Of a DNA stretch of 64,000 bases, positions 1-11,383 are shown piece by piece. This stretch comes from Dimorphilus gyrociliatus (Eukaryota; Animalia; Annelida): positions 100,315 to 164,314 of the forward strand of contig CAJFCJ010000038.1 in the NCBI GenBank assembly GCA_904063045.1, given 5' to 3'. The notes below the pieces were generated by a model, which saw nothing but the letters and a program-made list of their open reading frames with translations, made no database searches and was not told where the DNA came from. Within the stretch, counting starts at the first letter, position 1; each line of letters begins with the position of its first letter. Made by a program: the position numbers and the translations under genes.

Positions 1-3000
1 GATGGATCAATTGTTTCTCGAGCACCTGATGGATCTTGTCCTTGTAAGAACAACTGTGGTGTCAACTCCGTATGTACGCCTCAAAGAAAGGGGCGTAATT
101 GTGATCAACCATTCTGTCCACCTGATAACACTTGTAGTGGTAGAGGCGTATGTAAAGCATCTGGAAAGTGTGGAGCAAGCTGCATTTGTAATAGACGCTT
201 TACAGGACAGTCTTGTGAAAGAATGTTACCCAGAGCTATGTGGGGAGATCCTCACTTGGAAACATTTGATGGTAGATCATTTGATTACTTTGGTATTGGA
301 CAATTTTGGGGATGTAAATCCAGATCTTTGGCATACCAATATAGATTTTTTGGATACAAAGGAACATCATTCATAGGTCAAATGGCTATAAAAGTTGGTC
401 AGATATCAGTGTTAACTATAACAACCAATGGAAAAAGTTCACCAAATGATTTACCAACTTTAAGGTTAGATGGAAATATTCAAATCGATTTGGAAAATGA
501 TAAGAATCTATTGTTCGATAATGAAACAATTCGTATGGATATATCATCTACTTTGAAATCCAATGGTGATGATAATCCAACTGTTCTATTAGTATCAATT
601 AACTATGCCCATGGTGAATCCCTGCTTGTTGCAGCATCATTTAGTCCTAAAATGAAACGTCAATATTTAAGTGTAACAGTTGGTCCTATTGTAAAACTTT
701 TCAATAGAACATCTGGTTTATGCGGTTTTATGAATGATGATCCTTCCGATGATTTAATGGGACCGGATGGTACAAATTATACATCTTTTATCGAATTTAC
801 AGAATCATGGAGGATACCATTGACTATAAGAGATGATGGAGGTTTAGCCAATTCATGGTCCAGTTCATTATCCAATTTTCACAAAGACGATTCTATAGAT
901 CAATCTTACAACGATCCTACTCACAAACCACTCTATTCTATTAAAGATTTTCCCAAAGAACGAGTAACTAAAGCAAAAGAGATTTGTTCAATTGGAAAAA
1001 GCAGTCAAATTGTACAAGATCAATGTATTACTGATATTGTTATGACTAATGATGAAAGTTTAGGTAAACAAATTAGTTTACAATCGACACTTTGCCCAAA
1101 TCAATGTTCTCATAGAGGAAATTGTGTAAATGGAACTTGTATTTGTATTAAAGATTGGTCTGGATTGAGCTGTGATTATGGAAAGTGTGGAAAATGTGAT
1201 AATGGCAATTGTTTAGATGGATTTTGTAAATGCGAACCTGGATTTATAGGAAGTTCTTGCAATGAGACTGCAGAATGCAAAGGAAACTGCTCATCAAATG
1301 GTAAATGTATTGACACGAATGTTTGCAAATGTAACGATGGTTGGATATCGGCCAATTGTTCAGAGGAAGCTATATGCAATGAAGGATGCTCAAATAGAGG
1401 AGTCTGCATCGATCACAATGTTTGTAAATGTAATATTGGCTTTGGTGGAAAGAATTGTTCAATCTACACTTGTGAAAATTGGAATAAATGCTCTGGAAAT
1501 GGTTTGTGTGTTGAGCCTGGAAATTGTGCTTGCTTTAAAGGTTGGAAAGGTTTGTCATGTTCACAACCAATTTGTAGAGATGATTGTTCCTCCAATGGAG
1601 AGTGTATTCAGCCTGATGTTTGCAAATGTTACAAAGGGTTTGTGGGTGATTTTTGCAGTGAAGTAATAGCTTGTCCAAAGCAGAATAACTGTTATGGAAA
1701 TGGAATTTGTATTGGAGATGATCAGTGTACTTGTGACATTGGTTATAAATCTGAAAATTGCTCACAACCAGTGTGTGATAACAGCTGTGAACCAAATGGA
1801 GTTTGTGATTCACCGAATAGATGCAAATGTAAAAATGGCTTTGCAGGAGATGATTGTTCATTATTCTCATGTGAGAAATTGTCATTTTGTTCAGGTCATG
1901 GCAAATGCCAACAATTTGATAATTGTTTGTGCGATGAAAACTGGTATGGAGATTCTTGTAATATTCCAGGTTGTAGCGGCGTTGCGGATTGTTCAAAGAA
2001 TGGTCAGTGTATAGGAGCAAATCAATGCCAATGTGAAAAGGGTTTTGAAGGAGAAAATTGCTCTCTAAAAATTCAATTAAATTTGGCAAAGCCAATATTT
2101 CTCATATCCAATTACTCATCAGTTGTCTCAGAGTATATTGAAGAGGGAGAACTGCTTTTTATTGTTGAAGCTAATGATACAGATAGTGGACAAGCTGGAA
2201 TAGTATATTATGCACTCAATTCATCTCCAATACCAGTAGATATTGATAGTATAAATGGAAGAATTACTGCAAGAGGACCAATTAAACCTGGAGAATATGA
2301 ATTGAAAATTGATGCAATTGATAATGGATTACCAGCATTTACAACAACAGCAATTTTAAGCCTTTCAGTAATTGATATAAATGAATGTGCAACCATTGAA
2401 AAGCCAGTGGATCAATCAATTAAATCAGATATTCCTATAGGTTCGCTTATCTACCAAATAACTGCTACAGATAACGATCTTGGCTTAAATTCCGAGTTGA
2501 TCTATGACTTTTCCATAAGTGGATATAGTACTCAGGAAGTTGGTATTTCAATAGAAAATGGAACAAATAAAATAGTATCTGTGAAATCACCATTAAATAC
2601 TGGAAAATATGAAATAATTATAAGTGTTTATGATAAATCTGATAATCCATGTACATCAACAAGTAAGGTTACAGTGCTGATTTTTCCACCTGAAATGAAC
2701 ACTACAGGTTTACAAGTTAAACAAATTATTGGAGAAGGTGATGATCAACTAACAACAATTGGAAATGATAATTTTAAAACTACAGAAATTTCTTCAACCA
2801 AAAGCATTACAACTACAAAACAACAGGAAGTAGAGTTGTCTACAAGTTCAATGACAAATGATATAACATTTCAGACCAAAGAAGAAATGGAATTATCAAC
2901 AACTTCAAAGCCAATAAATGGTGATTTAAAAACAACCAAAATTTTGAAGGAACAATCTACAAAATGGAATGAAGATAAGGAGACAACTGCACCAAGTGGC

Positions 3001-3231
3001 GAAACAGAGCAGTATTCAACTGAAAATTCTTTTGAAGGAATATCAACTAGTACTAAATACGAGAAGGTAACTGTTTCTGATGAAGAAAGGAAATTTCTAA
3101 AAAAACAAATTAATGACTTGGAAGATGAAGTTTACACTTATAAAACTCTTATGACAGCTTTTGCAGTTGGTTTTATTGTTACAGGTATCTGTTTGGTATT
3201 ATTCATGATATACGTATTTTGTAAACGATAG
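1..3231 (+). CDS. Type I membrane protein (5'-truncated by window): EGF - VWD - 10 tenascin-type EGF - 2 cadherin repeats - Thr/Ser-rich stalk - short coiled coil - TM - 2-3 aa tail; VWDE-like
   Basis: Frame 1 is open from base 1 (DGSIVSRAPDGSCPC...CICNRRFTGQSCER) into ORF 223..3231. VWD begins WGDPHLETFDG. Ten 6-Cys EGF repeats at ~1093-2065. Cadherin motifs AxDxDxG, AIDNGLP and VIDINE at ~2086-2685. TM TLMTAFAVGFIVTGICLVLFMIYVF; stop TAG at 3229-3231. Confidence 0.9.
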   Translation, partial: DGSIVSRAPDGSCPCKNNCGVNSVCTPQRKGRNCDQPFCPPDNTCSGRGVCKASGKCGASCICNRRFTGQSCERMLPRAMWGDPHLETFDGRSFDYFGIGQFWGCKSRSLAYQYRFFGYKGTSFIGQMAIKVGQISVLTITTNGKSSPNDLPTLRLDGNIQIDLENDKNLLFDNETIRMDISSTLKSNGDDNPTVLLVSINYAHGESLLVAASFSPKMKRQYLSVTVGPIVKLFNRTSGLCGFMNDDPSDDLMGPDGTNYTSFIEFTESWRIPLTIRDDGGLANSWSSSLSNFHKDDSIDQSYNDPTHKPLYSIKDFPKERVTKAKEICSIGKSSQIVQDQCITDIVMTNDESLGKQISLQSTLCPNQCSHRGNCVNGTCICIKDWSGLSCDYGKCGKCDNGNCLDGFCKCEPGFIGSSCNETAECKGNCSSNGKCIDTNVCKCNDGWISANCSEEAICNEGCSNRGVCIDHNVCKCNIGFGGKNCSIYTCENWNKCSGNGLCVEPGNCACFKGWKGLSCSQPICRDDCSSNGECIQPDVCKCYKGFVGDFCSEVIACPKQNNCYGNGICIGDDQCTCDIGYKSENCSQPVCDNSCEPNGVCDSPNRCKCKNGFAGDDCSLFSCEKLSFCSGHGKCQQFDNCLCDENWYGDSCNIPGCSGVADCSKNGQCIGANQCQCEKGFEGENCSLKIQLNLAKPIFLISNYSSVVSEYIEEGELLFIVEANDTDSGQAGIVYYALNSSPIPVDIDSINGRITARGPIKPGEYELKIDAIDNGLPAFTTTAILSLSVIDINECATIEKPVDQSIKSDIPIGSLIYQITATDNDLGLNSELIYDFSISGYSTQEVGISIENGTNKIVSVKSPLNTGKYEIIISVYDKSDNPCTSTSKVTVLIFPPEMNTTGLQVKQIIGEGDDQLTTIGNDNFKTTEISSTKSITTTKQQEVELSTSSMTNDITFQTKEEMELSTTSKPINGDLKTTKILKEQSTKWNEDKETTAPSGETEQYSTENSFEGISTSTKYEKVTVSDEERKFLKKQINDLEDEVYTYKTLMTAFAVGFIVTGICLVLFMIYVFCKR

Positions 3232-4863
3232 ATTTCATCTTATCTTTAAAGTCACTATAAGTAGATAGTTTAACCGGAAAATTAATACATTTTTATATAC
3301 AAAAGAGTACACTTTTAAACTCTTGTAATTAAACAGCACACAACAAATGTCCTTGACCCTTTCTTGAATTTTAAAACAAAATTCAAAACAAATATTCATG
3401 TGATAAATATTAGCATCAAGGTCAACTTATTATGTTTGTTAAGATGTATTAACAAGAATAGAGCTGAAAGGCTAACTGCTAATCTTAAAATATCATTTGG
3501 AATAACTCTAAATTTACAAATGATCTGTGTGGACTGGCCATCATACTATAACGAAAATTTGGCATAAAGTTGTGATAGAATTTCAAGGTACATTTTGGGG
3601 CATTTCTAGGGTCAGGAAAATTGTATTCTACTTCAAATTATGCGGGCTGAAGTGAGAGTTAAAAATGTTCACTTTCTAAACTTGTATAATATCTTAAGTC
3701 TAAATATTATTACATTGATATTTCTAAGTGCACAAATGGAAAATAAACAATTGGTCAATCTATCAAGTCACTATCAGAACCAGCAATGATGTAGAGTCTT
3801 GGCATCCTTGATTAAACAGTCAATCTGGGCAAAGGGTTAATTTTTATAACATGATTTTGAGGTTAAATCATGAATCAAAAGTTGTTGCTCTTTATGAAAA
3901 GCTGTTATCAGAGAGAAAGATATGACAAACTCCGAAACATAAATATAAAGAATTGGAAGGTAAAATTTGTTTAGTTTGGAAAGAATTTGCAAATAGTAAT
4001 AAAACAGATGCTGATGTTTTAACAGAAGTTTGCAATGTGTATTAGCCATAACTTTTAAAATACAAATTTTGATGAGTATAAAATGAATTGTCAGAGTGTA
4101 TATTATCATTCTTTTAACTTGAGTGTAGTATCAAGGATATATGATATTTTATTCTATCAGCATACTTATCTACTTTGGCAGTAAAACAATATCAAAAAAT
4201 GGTGTTCATTGAACAACACAATAATGTACAATACAACATGTGTTATAAAATGGAGTTAGGAAAATCAAAAAGATATACTCCAAATGTTGGGGGACAACTG
4301 TCCTCTACCCTAATGCTAGTATACTATTATTTCAAAATAATAAAGTTTACTTTGAAAAAGAATCTTTGATAAGTTATTACAGCCAAATTTGCCATTAGTT
4401 GAAATACAAAACCTTTTAACATAGATAATTAGCCTTCCTCCCACTTCCCAAAGGTGTGTTTGATAAAATTATATCTAATCAGGGTTCCTCAATTCTTTAC
4501 CCCCTACAGCAAAAATAATTTTCTACCTGTAAGAGTGGAAAGTATATTCAGGATTGCAAAATTCCAGTTAATTGACTTTGTCTTTAGAGAATATAAAAAA
4601 GAGCAAACTTGTCCTTTAAAACTTTTGAAACAATTTTTAAATCAATTGTATAGAAAATAAATATTTCATGTGTTTTTCTTTTATATGTTTTTAATTTTAC
4701 TTTCTATAGAGATTACTTTTTTCTAATTTCTATACTTTTTTCTTTTTAACTAAAATGTTTTTAGAAAAAATTATTACTACTTTTCTTTCAATTAACTTTA
4801 CCATTTCCATTCAGGAAACCTAACCTAAATTTTCCATTCATTGTAATTCAATATGGTCTCATT

Positions 4864-5062
4864 GGGATCAACAGAAAACGGCCCCAAGAAGGATATTTGA
4901 AGGCAGCATTTTGGGTTAAGAAATGGTTAGGAGGAAAAAAGCATTTATTGATTTGTAGTTAAGGGGATCCCATCGAAGGGTTAGGAGTAATGAAAAAGGG
5001 TTACGGATATATAAGGGATGGTTTAGGGTTAGGGTAAAACCATACTTTTGGGGCCGTTTTCC
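4864..5062. mobile_element. Mutator (MULE)-type MITE, copy 1
   Basis: Perfect 9-bp direct repeat GGTCTCATT at 4855-4863 and 5063-5071. Inverted ends GAAAACGGCCCCAA / TTGGGGCCGTTTTC. Internal GGTTTAGGGTTAGGG. The reverse complement aligns with 16125-16332 (shared TAACTACAAATCAAT and CCTAACCATTT). Confidence 0.85.
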
Positions 5063-6011
5063 GGTCTCATTCCATGAATAATTTTGCTTCAAATTTGATT
5101 AGTCTAGTAGTTACTGAGATATGGATTCCTATGAACATTATATATAAAATCTGTAGTAAACCTTAAAATAGTCATAAAAAAAACTAAATTTCTTATTAAT
5201 AATCACAGACTTTTCAAATTTTGAACATAGACTAATATCGATATGCTGATTCCAAATCTTTTTACAGAATTCAATTATCTCTGATAGTTTTTGAGTTGTG
5301 GTGTGTTAAAGTGTGATGCATTGTGCACTTAGATATAATGATATATCAATGCTTAGACTTTAGATATTAGGGTACATTATAAAGACTCCTATTTTATAGG
5401 AATTAGAATGGTGCAACTATAGAAATACTACTATTTTGTATGAATTATAATGGTGGAACTTTTGAAAGGCTTTCATTTTGTAGAATTGACTTTGACGCTT
5501 TAAAAAAGAAATGTGTCAAAGTTGTTTTTCTTAACTATTAACAGATGTTAATAGACCACATAGCCTTTGTTTGAGAATTATGTTTTTGTGACATCAAATA
5601 TTGTTTTTATGTTTTTGTGACATATGTAATCCTTTGATAAATTGAATCCAAGCTTTGGAAATGTATAAAAGGGAATACATTTCCCCAATTTGGTAGTTCA
5701 GTTCTTTAACCATTAACTGGTTGTTTAAACTTACTTGTTTAGAACTAAAAAATCATTCACTCAATACATATTCTTTAAACAAAATACTGGCATTTTGTTG
5801 ATTAATTTCTACTAAAATTACATTTCTTAAGACTATTTGTGGACGAACTTGAAAGGTTGTATTTGGACCAGTACTTTGTTAAGTTGATAAATGATTGGAA
5901 AGGATGAATACTGTTCTGAAGAAGCAGAAATTCCTACAATTACAATACAACCAAGTACAGTTATTCTATTCTGTTTCATTAACTTTATCTTATTAAAATT
6001 AGATTCAAAAA

Positions 6012-6260
6012 TTGACACATGATTTTCAACCTGACAAATTTGTAATTGATTTTGAATTAGCTGTATGGAGTGCTCTTTGCTCAGTTTACCCTAATTTTCC
6101 TATTCAAGGTTGTGTCTTCCATCTGATGAAAGCTGTCTACAGAAAAATTCAAGTAAGCTTTTATTTAAATTCAGTGATTTGCCTGATTATTAAATTATTG
6201 TAGAATTTGGAATATACACAACAATATAATATAACAAGAATAATGATATAATTATTATTC
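6012..6260 (+). mobile_element. MULE/MuDR transposase relic (DDE-domain part, with a probable intron at ~6151-6202)
   Basis: FQPDKFVIDFELAVWSALCSVYPNFPIQGCVFHLMKAVYRKIQ matches the MULE DFExA...FP..I.GCxFH motif (includes the CxxH signature). It is followed by gtaagc...ttgtag. Confidence 0.8.
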
Positions 6261-6467
6261 AATGTTCTTTATATAAAACAGTACACTCCATGTTTTAGTA
6301 ATACCTTTTAGAAACATTCTCTATTTACAAATATAAAAAGTTTTGCAACTCCGAACTATAACAATATAATTTATCATAAATTGTTATTCATATGTTTGTA
6401 AAATCACAGAAATTCATCAGAAAAACACAAAATACAGCTACAATTGTAGAAAACGAAAGTTTTCAAA

Positions 6468-6650
6468 ATGGCTGCTGAGTCACCTATCCCAAATGAAAAC
6501 CATCTAAATGCTCCGAATTCTGGGAATTGTTGGTGAGAACTGATCAAAAAATGCTACCTTGTCAACACACATTTTGCTTTCCAAGCAGTCAACAATTACC
6601 AAAAAAAAGTCATGAATTCTGCTGTTCCCAATGCAAACAGATACTTGACA
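6468..6650 (+). pseudogene. Degenerate RING-finger (TRIM-like N-terminus) fragment inside the MULE relic
   Basis: ATG at 6468. With one frameshift it reads MAAESPIPNENHL(K)CSEFWELLVRTDQKMLPCQHTFCFPSS...CCSQCKQ, resembling RING-HC xLPCxHTFC...CPxC with some Cys lost. Confidence 0.6.
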
Positions 6651-6699
6651 ACAACAATGCAAATCAATGTCTGTATCAATCTTTGAAGGAAAGGAGTAA

Positions 6700-6819
6700 C
6701 CAATTTTTGAAAATTTGTAATGGACTTCAAATGTCATCAAACACTCTAAAGAATCTTTATTTAAATCGATGTGATTTAAATGAAGAACAAAGTAAAGAGA
6801 TTGGAAATTTGCTGAAACA
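6700..6819 (+). pseudogene. NLR-type (RI-like) LRR fragment inside the MULE relic
   Basis: FLKICNGLQMSSNTLKNLYLNRCDLNEEQSKEIGNLLKHC resembles FKNICNGISSSCGFIKEINLKSCNLTEKQGEWLGDALKNC in the 47415 NLR. Confidence 0.7.
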
Positions 6820-7172
6820 TTGTTTCAGAAAAATTGTAAGATGTCAAAAAAAGACTTATTCAAGAATTATTCAAAAGGAAATCTTAGCAATTTGGGAAAA
6901 ATTCAAAGCTGGTGAAATTACAGCAAGTCAACTTCCTGAAATGTCTTTTGAAGTGTATTATTAATCTCTGTACTTCTGTTTTCTGTAGTTTGTTAATGTC
7001 AAAATATATTTCAATAAATTTGGAAAATCATTTAGATATAAATTATTATTTTTTTGACTAATTTTAAATTTCTAGAATTAATATTCAAACATGGCAAAAA
7101 ATAATATAGCATTCTTTTGAATAGTCTGCCCGGGTACATTTTCTACCACTTTGGGGATGTTTTCTGTTGGCC
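6820..7172 (+). mobile_element. MULE transposase C-terminal relic plus right terminal inverted repeat
   Basis: (VSEKL)xRCQKKTYSRIIQKEILAIWEKFKAGEITASQL resembles the C-termini of invertebrate MULE transposases. AATAAA at ~7014. TTGGGGATGTTTTCTGTTGGCC at ~7151-7172 resembles the MITE TIR GGGGACATTTTCTGTCGGCCCC. Confidence 0.6.
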
Positions 7173-7464
7173 TCAATTCTGACAAGTGTATTTGTGCTTT
7201 CTTTGCAGGAGTTATATTGTTTAGTATCTGTACTTCTTGTGCTGAAGCTCAATCACTACCAAATGCTTGAAATCTTCTACCATAACTCAAAAATGTAAAA
7301 AGGACAATAAAAAAGTATGGAAAATAGATAGTTGGAAATTTTTGGTTATTCCATCAAGATTGCCATTAAAAATAATATACTTGAGTGATATTGGCAATGT
7401 CAATGAAAGAGTGAGATAAAAGGTTTTGAAATTAAAATGTTTGTTTTCTCTCTTACTAATTACA

Positions 7465-8560
7465 CTAAAAAGTCCTCAGCTCCTGGGTTAAGTGTAGCAG
7501 ATATCTCCCACTTTACAAGTGAGATGTTGACAAACATTAGCCCTGGCTTGTGGACATTCATTATCATGTTCAGCTCCATTACTGTATCTCAACATGCATT
7601 GTTCAGTCAATGAATATATAATGCCTGGAAGTTCATCATTGCTAGAGACTTCATCCTGATTGAACGCATCATTACCACATACTTTGTTCATAAGGCAGGT
7701 TCTTGGAAATCCATTATTATCATTTCCATTAATGACTTCATAGATAGCGTCAATGAGCATTGACTAAATTCAAAAGATTTTCTGATGTTGGCAACTTCAA
7801 TAGTGCCCATTGAAGGTGCCATAATATATGGACTATTCCATCCACAGGCAGCACCATTTTGTGATCCATCATGATTTGATCCAAGATTATGAGCAAGCTC
7901 ATGAGCAGCAATTTTCCAAGAGCTCATACCAATATATTCATTAACTGATGTGGCCTTTTTTGTACAGACTGCACCAACATAAGACAAGCCAACTGTACTG
8001 AGGGAAGTTCGAAAAATATCTTTCTTTGTCCATAAAAATGTATGATCCCAATCCATCCAATCATCTCCACCTGTATTTATAGGATTATCCATCCATGTAC
8101 TCAAACGCTCCAATGATTCGTCACCATTGATTACTTGTCTACCATTTTGAGTTCCCATGTTCAATGGGCTGGGTCCATCTGTAAATGGACAATTTTCTTT
8201 TTGTCTAAAAATCATCAGTTTCTTAAAAAATACAGAAACCAATTTATTAATCTTTGCTGTGAATCCTGCAGTAATGCTTAAATTAAATTCTATCATGATA
8301 TATTGTTTTTTGAAAATCTGGCTAAATAAAGCAAAACAAGCATTTTATTTACATGTTGAAAATTATTATTACTGTGAGAGTACCTGAATCACAAAGAGCC
8401 ACAGTCTCTCTCCCTTTTGGATTCACAAATCTAAACATGAAGTCATTTTTTCCTTTTACTTGAGAAGTACATCGAAAATGGTACTTTCTCTCTTGCCCAA
8501 CATGATATATTGTAACTGTTTTTTAAATATAACATTTATGGACATATCTGCTCTACTTTC
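7465..8560 (-). pseudogene. ADAMTS/ADAM-like M12B (reprolysin) metalloprotease pseudogene
   Basis: Zinc motif HELAHNLGSNHD (7868-7903) plus Met-turn YIMAPS. A 1-nt frameshift near 7755 separates FEFSQCS from (I)DAIYEV...LPGIIYSLTEQC (ADAMTS cysteine-rich module). A second frameshift follows CYT. Probable intron at ~8286-8382 with a prodomain-like exon upstream. Confidence 0.85.
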
Positions 8561-9819
8561 CAATATGATACATTCTATTATGAATCAACAATATGTCCAG
8601 GAGATGAAGGTTTAAATGATAGGCTAGAAAATGTTCATAAAAGTGGAATTGTATTAAAATCATCTCTAAATTCAAACAGTTTTAATTCGACTTTTCCACT
8701 AATAATCTCTTCTCAAAAAAGGTGATTTTATTAGAATCTATTCAAGAATCAAATGGACAATTGACTGTAGCCAAGTGTCAGGCATTCTGTTTACAAAGAA
8801 AATTTTTGATAGAAATGAAAAAATACCAAAATTTAGAAATTATAAATCAATAAAAAATGAAGGTTTAATTGCCATGAGCCATTTGGGAAAGCCATTAGGT
8901 ATTTGGCAATCAGATTATCCTTAAATATTCATTTTTATCCAAAACACCAAATATTTTCAGATGACTTCCAGAGTCTTTCAGCCTATTTGTTAAATGCAAA
9001 AACAATTTCAGACTACTCACCAGTCTATAGAAATACTATCAACTATTATATCCTGAATAAAAACCTATTAAGGATGGCAAAAGATATTCTTCTACTCAAA
9101 AAACCATTCAAGTTCAAGTTTGTAAAAGTTTGTTAAAGTGTGTTTAAACAACATTTAAAAGAAAATAACATACTGTAGGAAAATGTTACAGATCTTCCAT
9201 TGTTTTCATTTTGCAAACTAGACAAACTTTTAGGAAATTATTGCGTAATCAATAGTATTAATACAAGGATGGTTAATTCAGAACTCATTTACTCAATATA
9301 TATTCTATTAGCAAAACACTTTTTGAACAATAAAAGATCTATATTGGACTGATATCAAAATTTCTCACAAAGTGATTAATAAGCTTTAACAATAATGGAA
9401 TTTTTTCTGTAAGAAAAGTTTATATTTCATTCATTTTTATTGATTTTAGTCATTAAACATTAGTAGCTTTCATTAATATGTCAACACCTTTTTTGTTTTG
9501 GCTAGCCAATTGTTTTATGAACAGTAATTTAAAAATTTATTATTTCCAAATTAATAAGATATACAGTTGTCATGGTGAACTATACAATTACAAAAGTGAA
9601 ATTGAGGTCAACAAACAGGTATTATAAGAAAAATTAACCAGCAATCATAATACTGAAAGACGAGCCTATGCTACAAAAATTTGAAACATTAGACAATGAA
9701 AGCATGTCAGAAAATGACAAAGTTCAAGATATTCTCTGTTTTTAAGATAGTGAAGAATCCATTTGTCAGCTTTTACAAAGCAAACAATCTGAGCGAAATG
9801 CTTCAACATTTATTGGACA

Positions 9820-10267
9820 TTTTGAAACTGACACTGGTTTTAAGTTTGATGCCTTGATAGACTCTGGTAGGGACGGATCTTTCATTTCAAAAAAGGTTTT
9901 AAGACAAGTTCAAGGAAAAGCATCCTTCCCAGAACAAATTGTGAAAAATGCTAGAGATGCTTCAGGTAATACCATAGAGATATGTGGAGAAATCATTCTC
10001 AGACTATATTTCAATGGAAAAATTATTAAACAACGCTTTCTGATCAACAAAATCATTGCACAACAATGTATTATTGGGTGTGACTTTCTACAACAAAATG
10101 GAGCTACCCTTGACTTTGGCAAGAGGCAAATTATACTCCAGCCAGATATGGAAAAGAATTACCCTATTGGAACACAACACTTATCTTTCAAAGGACTTTA
10201 CCCAGTTCCTCTTACTATGAAAAAGAATGAGAGTCAAAACCTAACCTTTCTTTTGAAAATCAAGTAA
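9820..10267 (+). mobile_element. Ty3/Gypsy retropepsin (aspartic protease) relic
   Basis: FDALIDSG active site (9851-9868), then RDASGNTIEICG and CIIGCDFLQQNGATLDFG; isolated from the rest of pol. Confidence 0.85.
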
Positions 10268-10576
10268 TGATATTAGCTATTGGGGAGCTGCTCCCTTTCA
10301 CCTAGAATCCACTTTAAAAATATAATTATCAATATATGATGCAGAACATGAATATGATTGAATCTTCTCCTAGTCATCCTTCCCCTTAGGAATCTATTAG
10401 AAAAAGCGATCCTGATACTGAGGAGATAGTTGATGTTAACCAGCCACAAAAAGAGACAATTGATACATATGTACCAGAAACTGTGGTATTACTATCTATT
10501 TTTAAGATTCTCCCTAGTTTCCTTTAAAATTATCAACAAAGAATTACAATCCAAAAATGGATAATTGATAAATTTT

Positions 10577-10720
10577 GGATGTTGTTAAAAACATCCACAG
10601 TTTTGTGGCTTTACCCTAACACTAACCCAGCCCTGGACCCTTTTTTAAGCGCTTCATTGTTCCTAACCCTTCCTTTGGACCTGCCTAATTACAAATCAAT
10701 TGTTGGAATATTTTTCCTCG
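10577..10720. mobile_element. Truncated third copy of the MULE-type MITE family
   Basis: TTACCCTAACACTAACCCAGCCCT...CCTAACCCTT...TAATTACAAATCAAT is collinear with 16125-16250; a 22-nt TIR-like left end starts with GG at 10577. Confidence 0.7.
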
Positions 10721-11027
10721 CCCTAGAATTGAGAAAATCTGTAGACAGCAAAGGAAAGCCTATCAGAATATTCAAAGCAAAATATTCAGCTTATGTCAGC
10801 AATTTGAAATTGCTTTAATCACATCAATGGATTTACTTGAAAAAGCCTCTGACAATTATATACTCCTCTTTAATACATCTTTGTTCTTCTACTCTGTTAT
10901 CAATCATTTTAGACTTCATTCATATATTGACATTCAAATATTTTCAATTCTTCTCATTCAGTTTTTTCTTTCAAATTATCATAATAACTCTTTTCTAATG
11001 TTTTCTTTCATACATTAGATTTCTATA

Positions 11028-11085
11028 GTGGACATATTCTCCTGTGGACATTTTCTCCATCCAGTGGATGTTTTCTCTTGTACCC
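11028..11085. repeat. Three tandem GTGGACATTTTCTCC-like motifs resembling the MITE/MULE terminal motif
   Basis: gtggacatattctcc / gtggacattttctcc / gtggatgttttctcttgtaccc. Confidence 0.55.
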
Positions 11086-11102
11086 ATTAATACGATTAGG
11101 AT

Positions 11103-11217
11103 GAGAATGAAATTACTATGATCACAGCACAACATTGGACAATTTAACAAAAAGTCATGGAGTCAGTTGACACAAAGAATACAAAAATCCAAATTTCAAT
11201 ATAAAAACATATATAAA

Positions 11218-11248
<31 letters not shown>

Positions 11249-11383
11249 GTGCTGTCATCTGTTTAATAAGAAATTTAATAAAGAAAACATTGAAAGTGAA
11301 CTCAACCATTTAATATAAAAGCCTACATACAAATGAGATTTAAAGCCTATTTTAAATATAATAAAAAACTGGTTTCTTAGCAT
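11103..11383 (+). repeat. Diverged ~280-bp direct repeat, copy 1 (copy 2 at 12519-12789)
   Basis: Shared blocks: ATGATCACA, TCAGTTGACACAAAGAATACAAAAA, CATCTGTTTAAT, GAACTCAACCATT, GAGATTTAAAGCCTATTTT, TTTCTTAGCAT. Confidence 0.85.

Noticed and set aside
2-2396. Alternative-frame and antisense ORFs (2..376, 1176..1409, 1262..1666, 1535..2095, 1694..2014, 2208..2396)
   Set aside because: Shadow ORFs of the Cys-rich VWD-EGF coding sequence, with no recognisable motifs.
3364-4660. Short 60-90 aa ORFs here and at 8903-9136, 10579-11018, 20868-21730 and 43377-43577
   Set aside because: Low-complexity AT-rich open frames, many with non-ATG starts, no motifs and no splice support.
5020-5035. TTAGGG/TAACCC repeats (also at 10612-10628 and 16158-16175) as interstitial telomere
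   Set aside because: Only 2-3 units, always at the same position inside the MITE family.
4864-7172. One large MULE running from the TIR at 4864 to the TIR at 7172
   Set aside because: The 4864 element is closed by its own perfect 9-bp TSD at 5063-5071, and the sequence after 7172 does not match 4855-4863.
10577-11085. A single element bounded by the TIR-like ends at 10577 and 11085
   Set aside because: The flanks (ATAAATTTT vs ATTAATACG) give no TSD, so the two pieces are reported separately.
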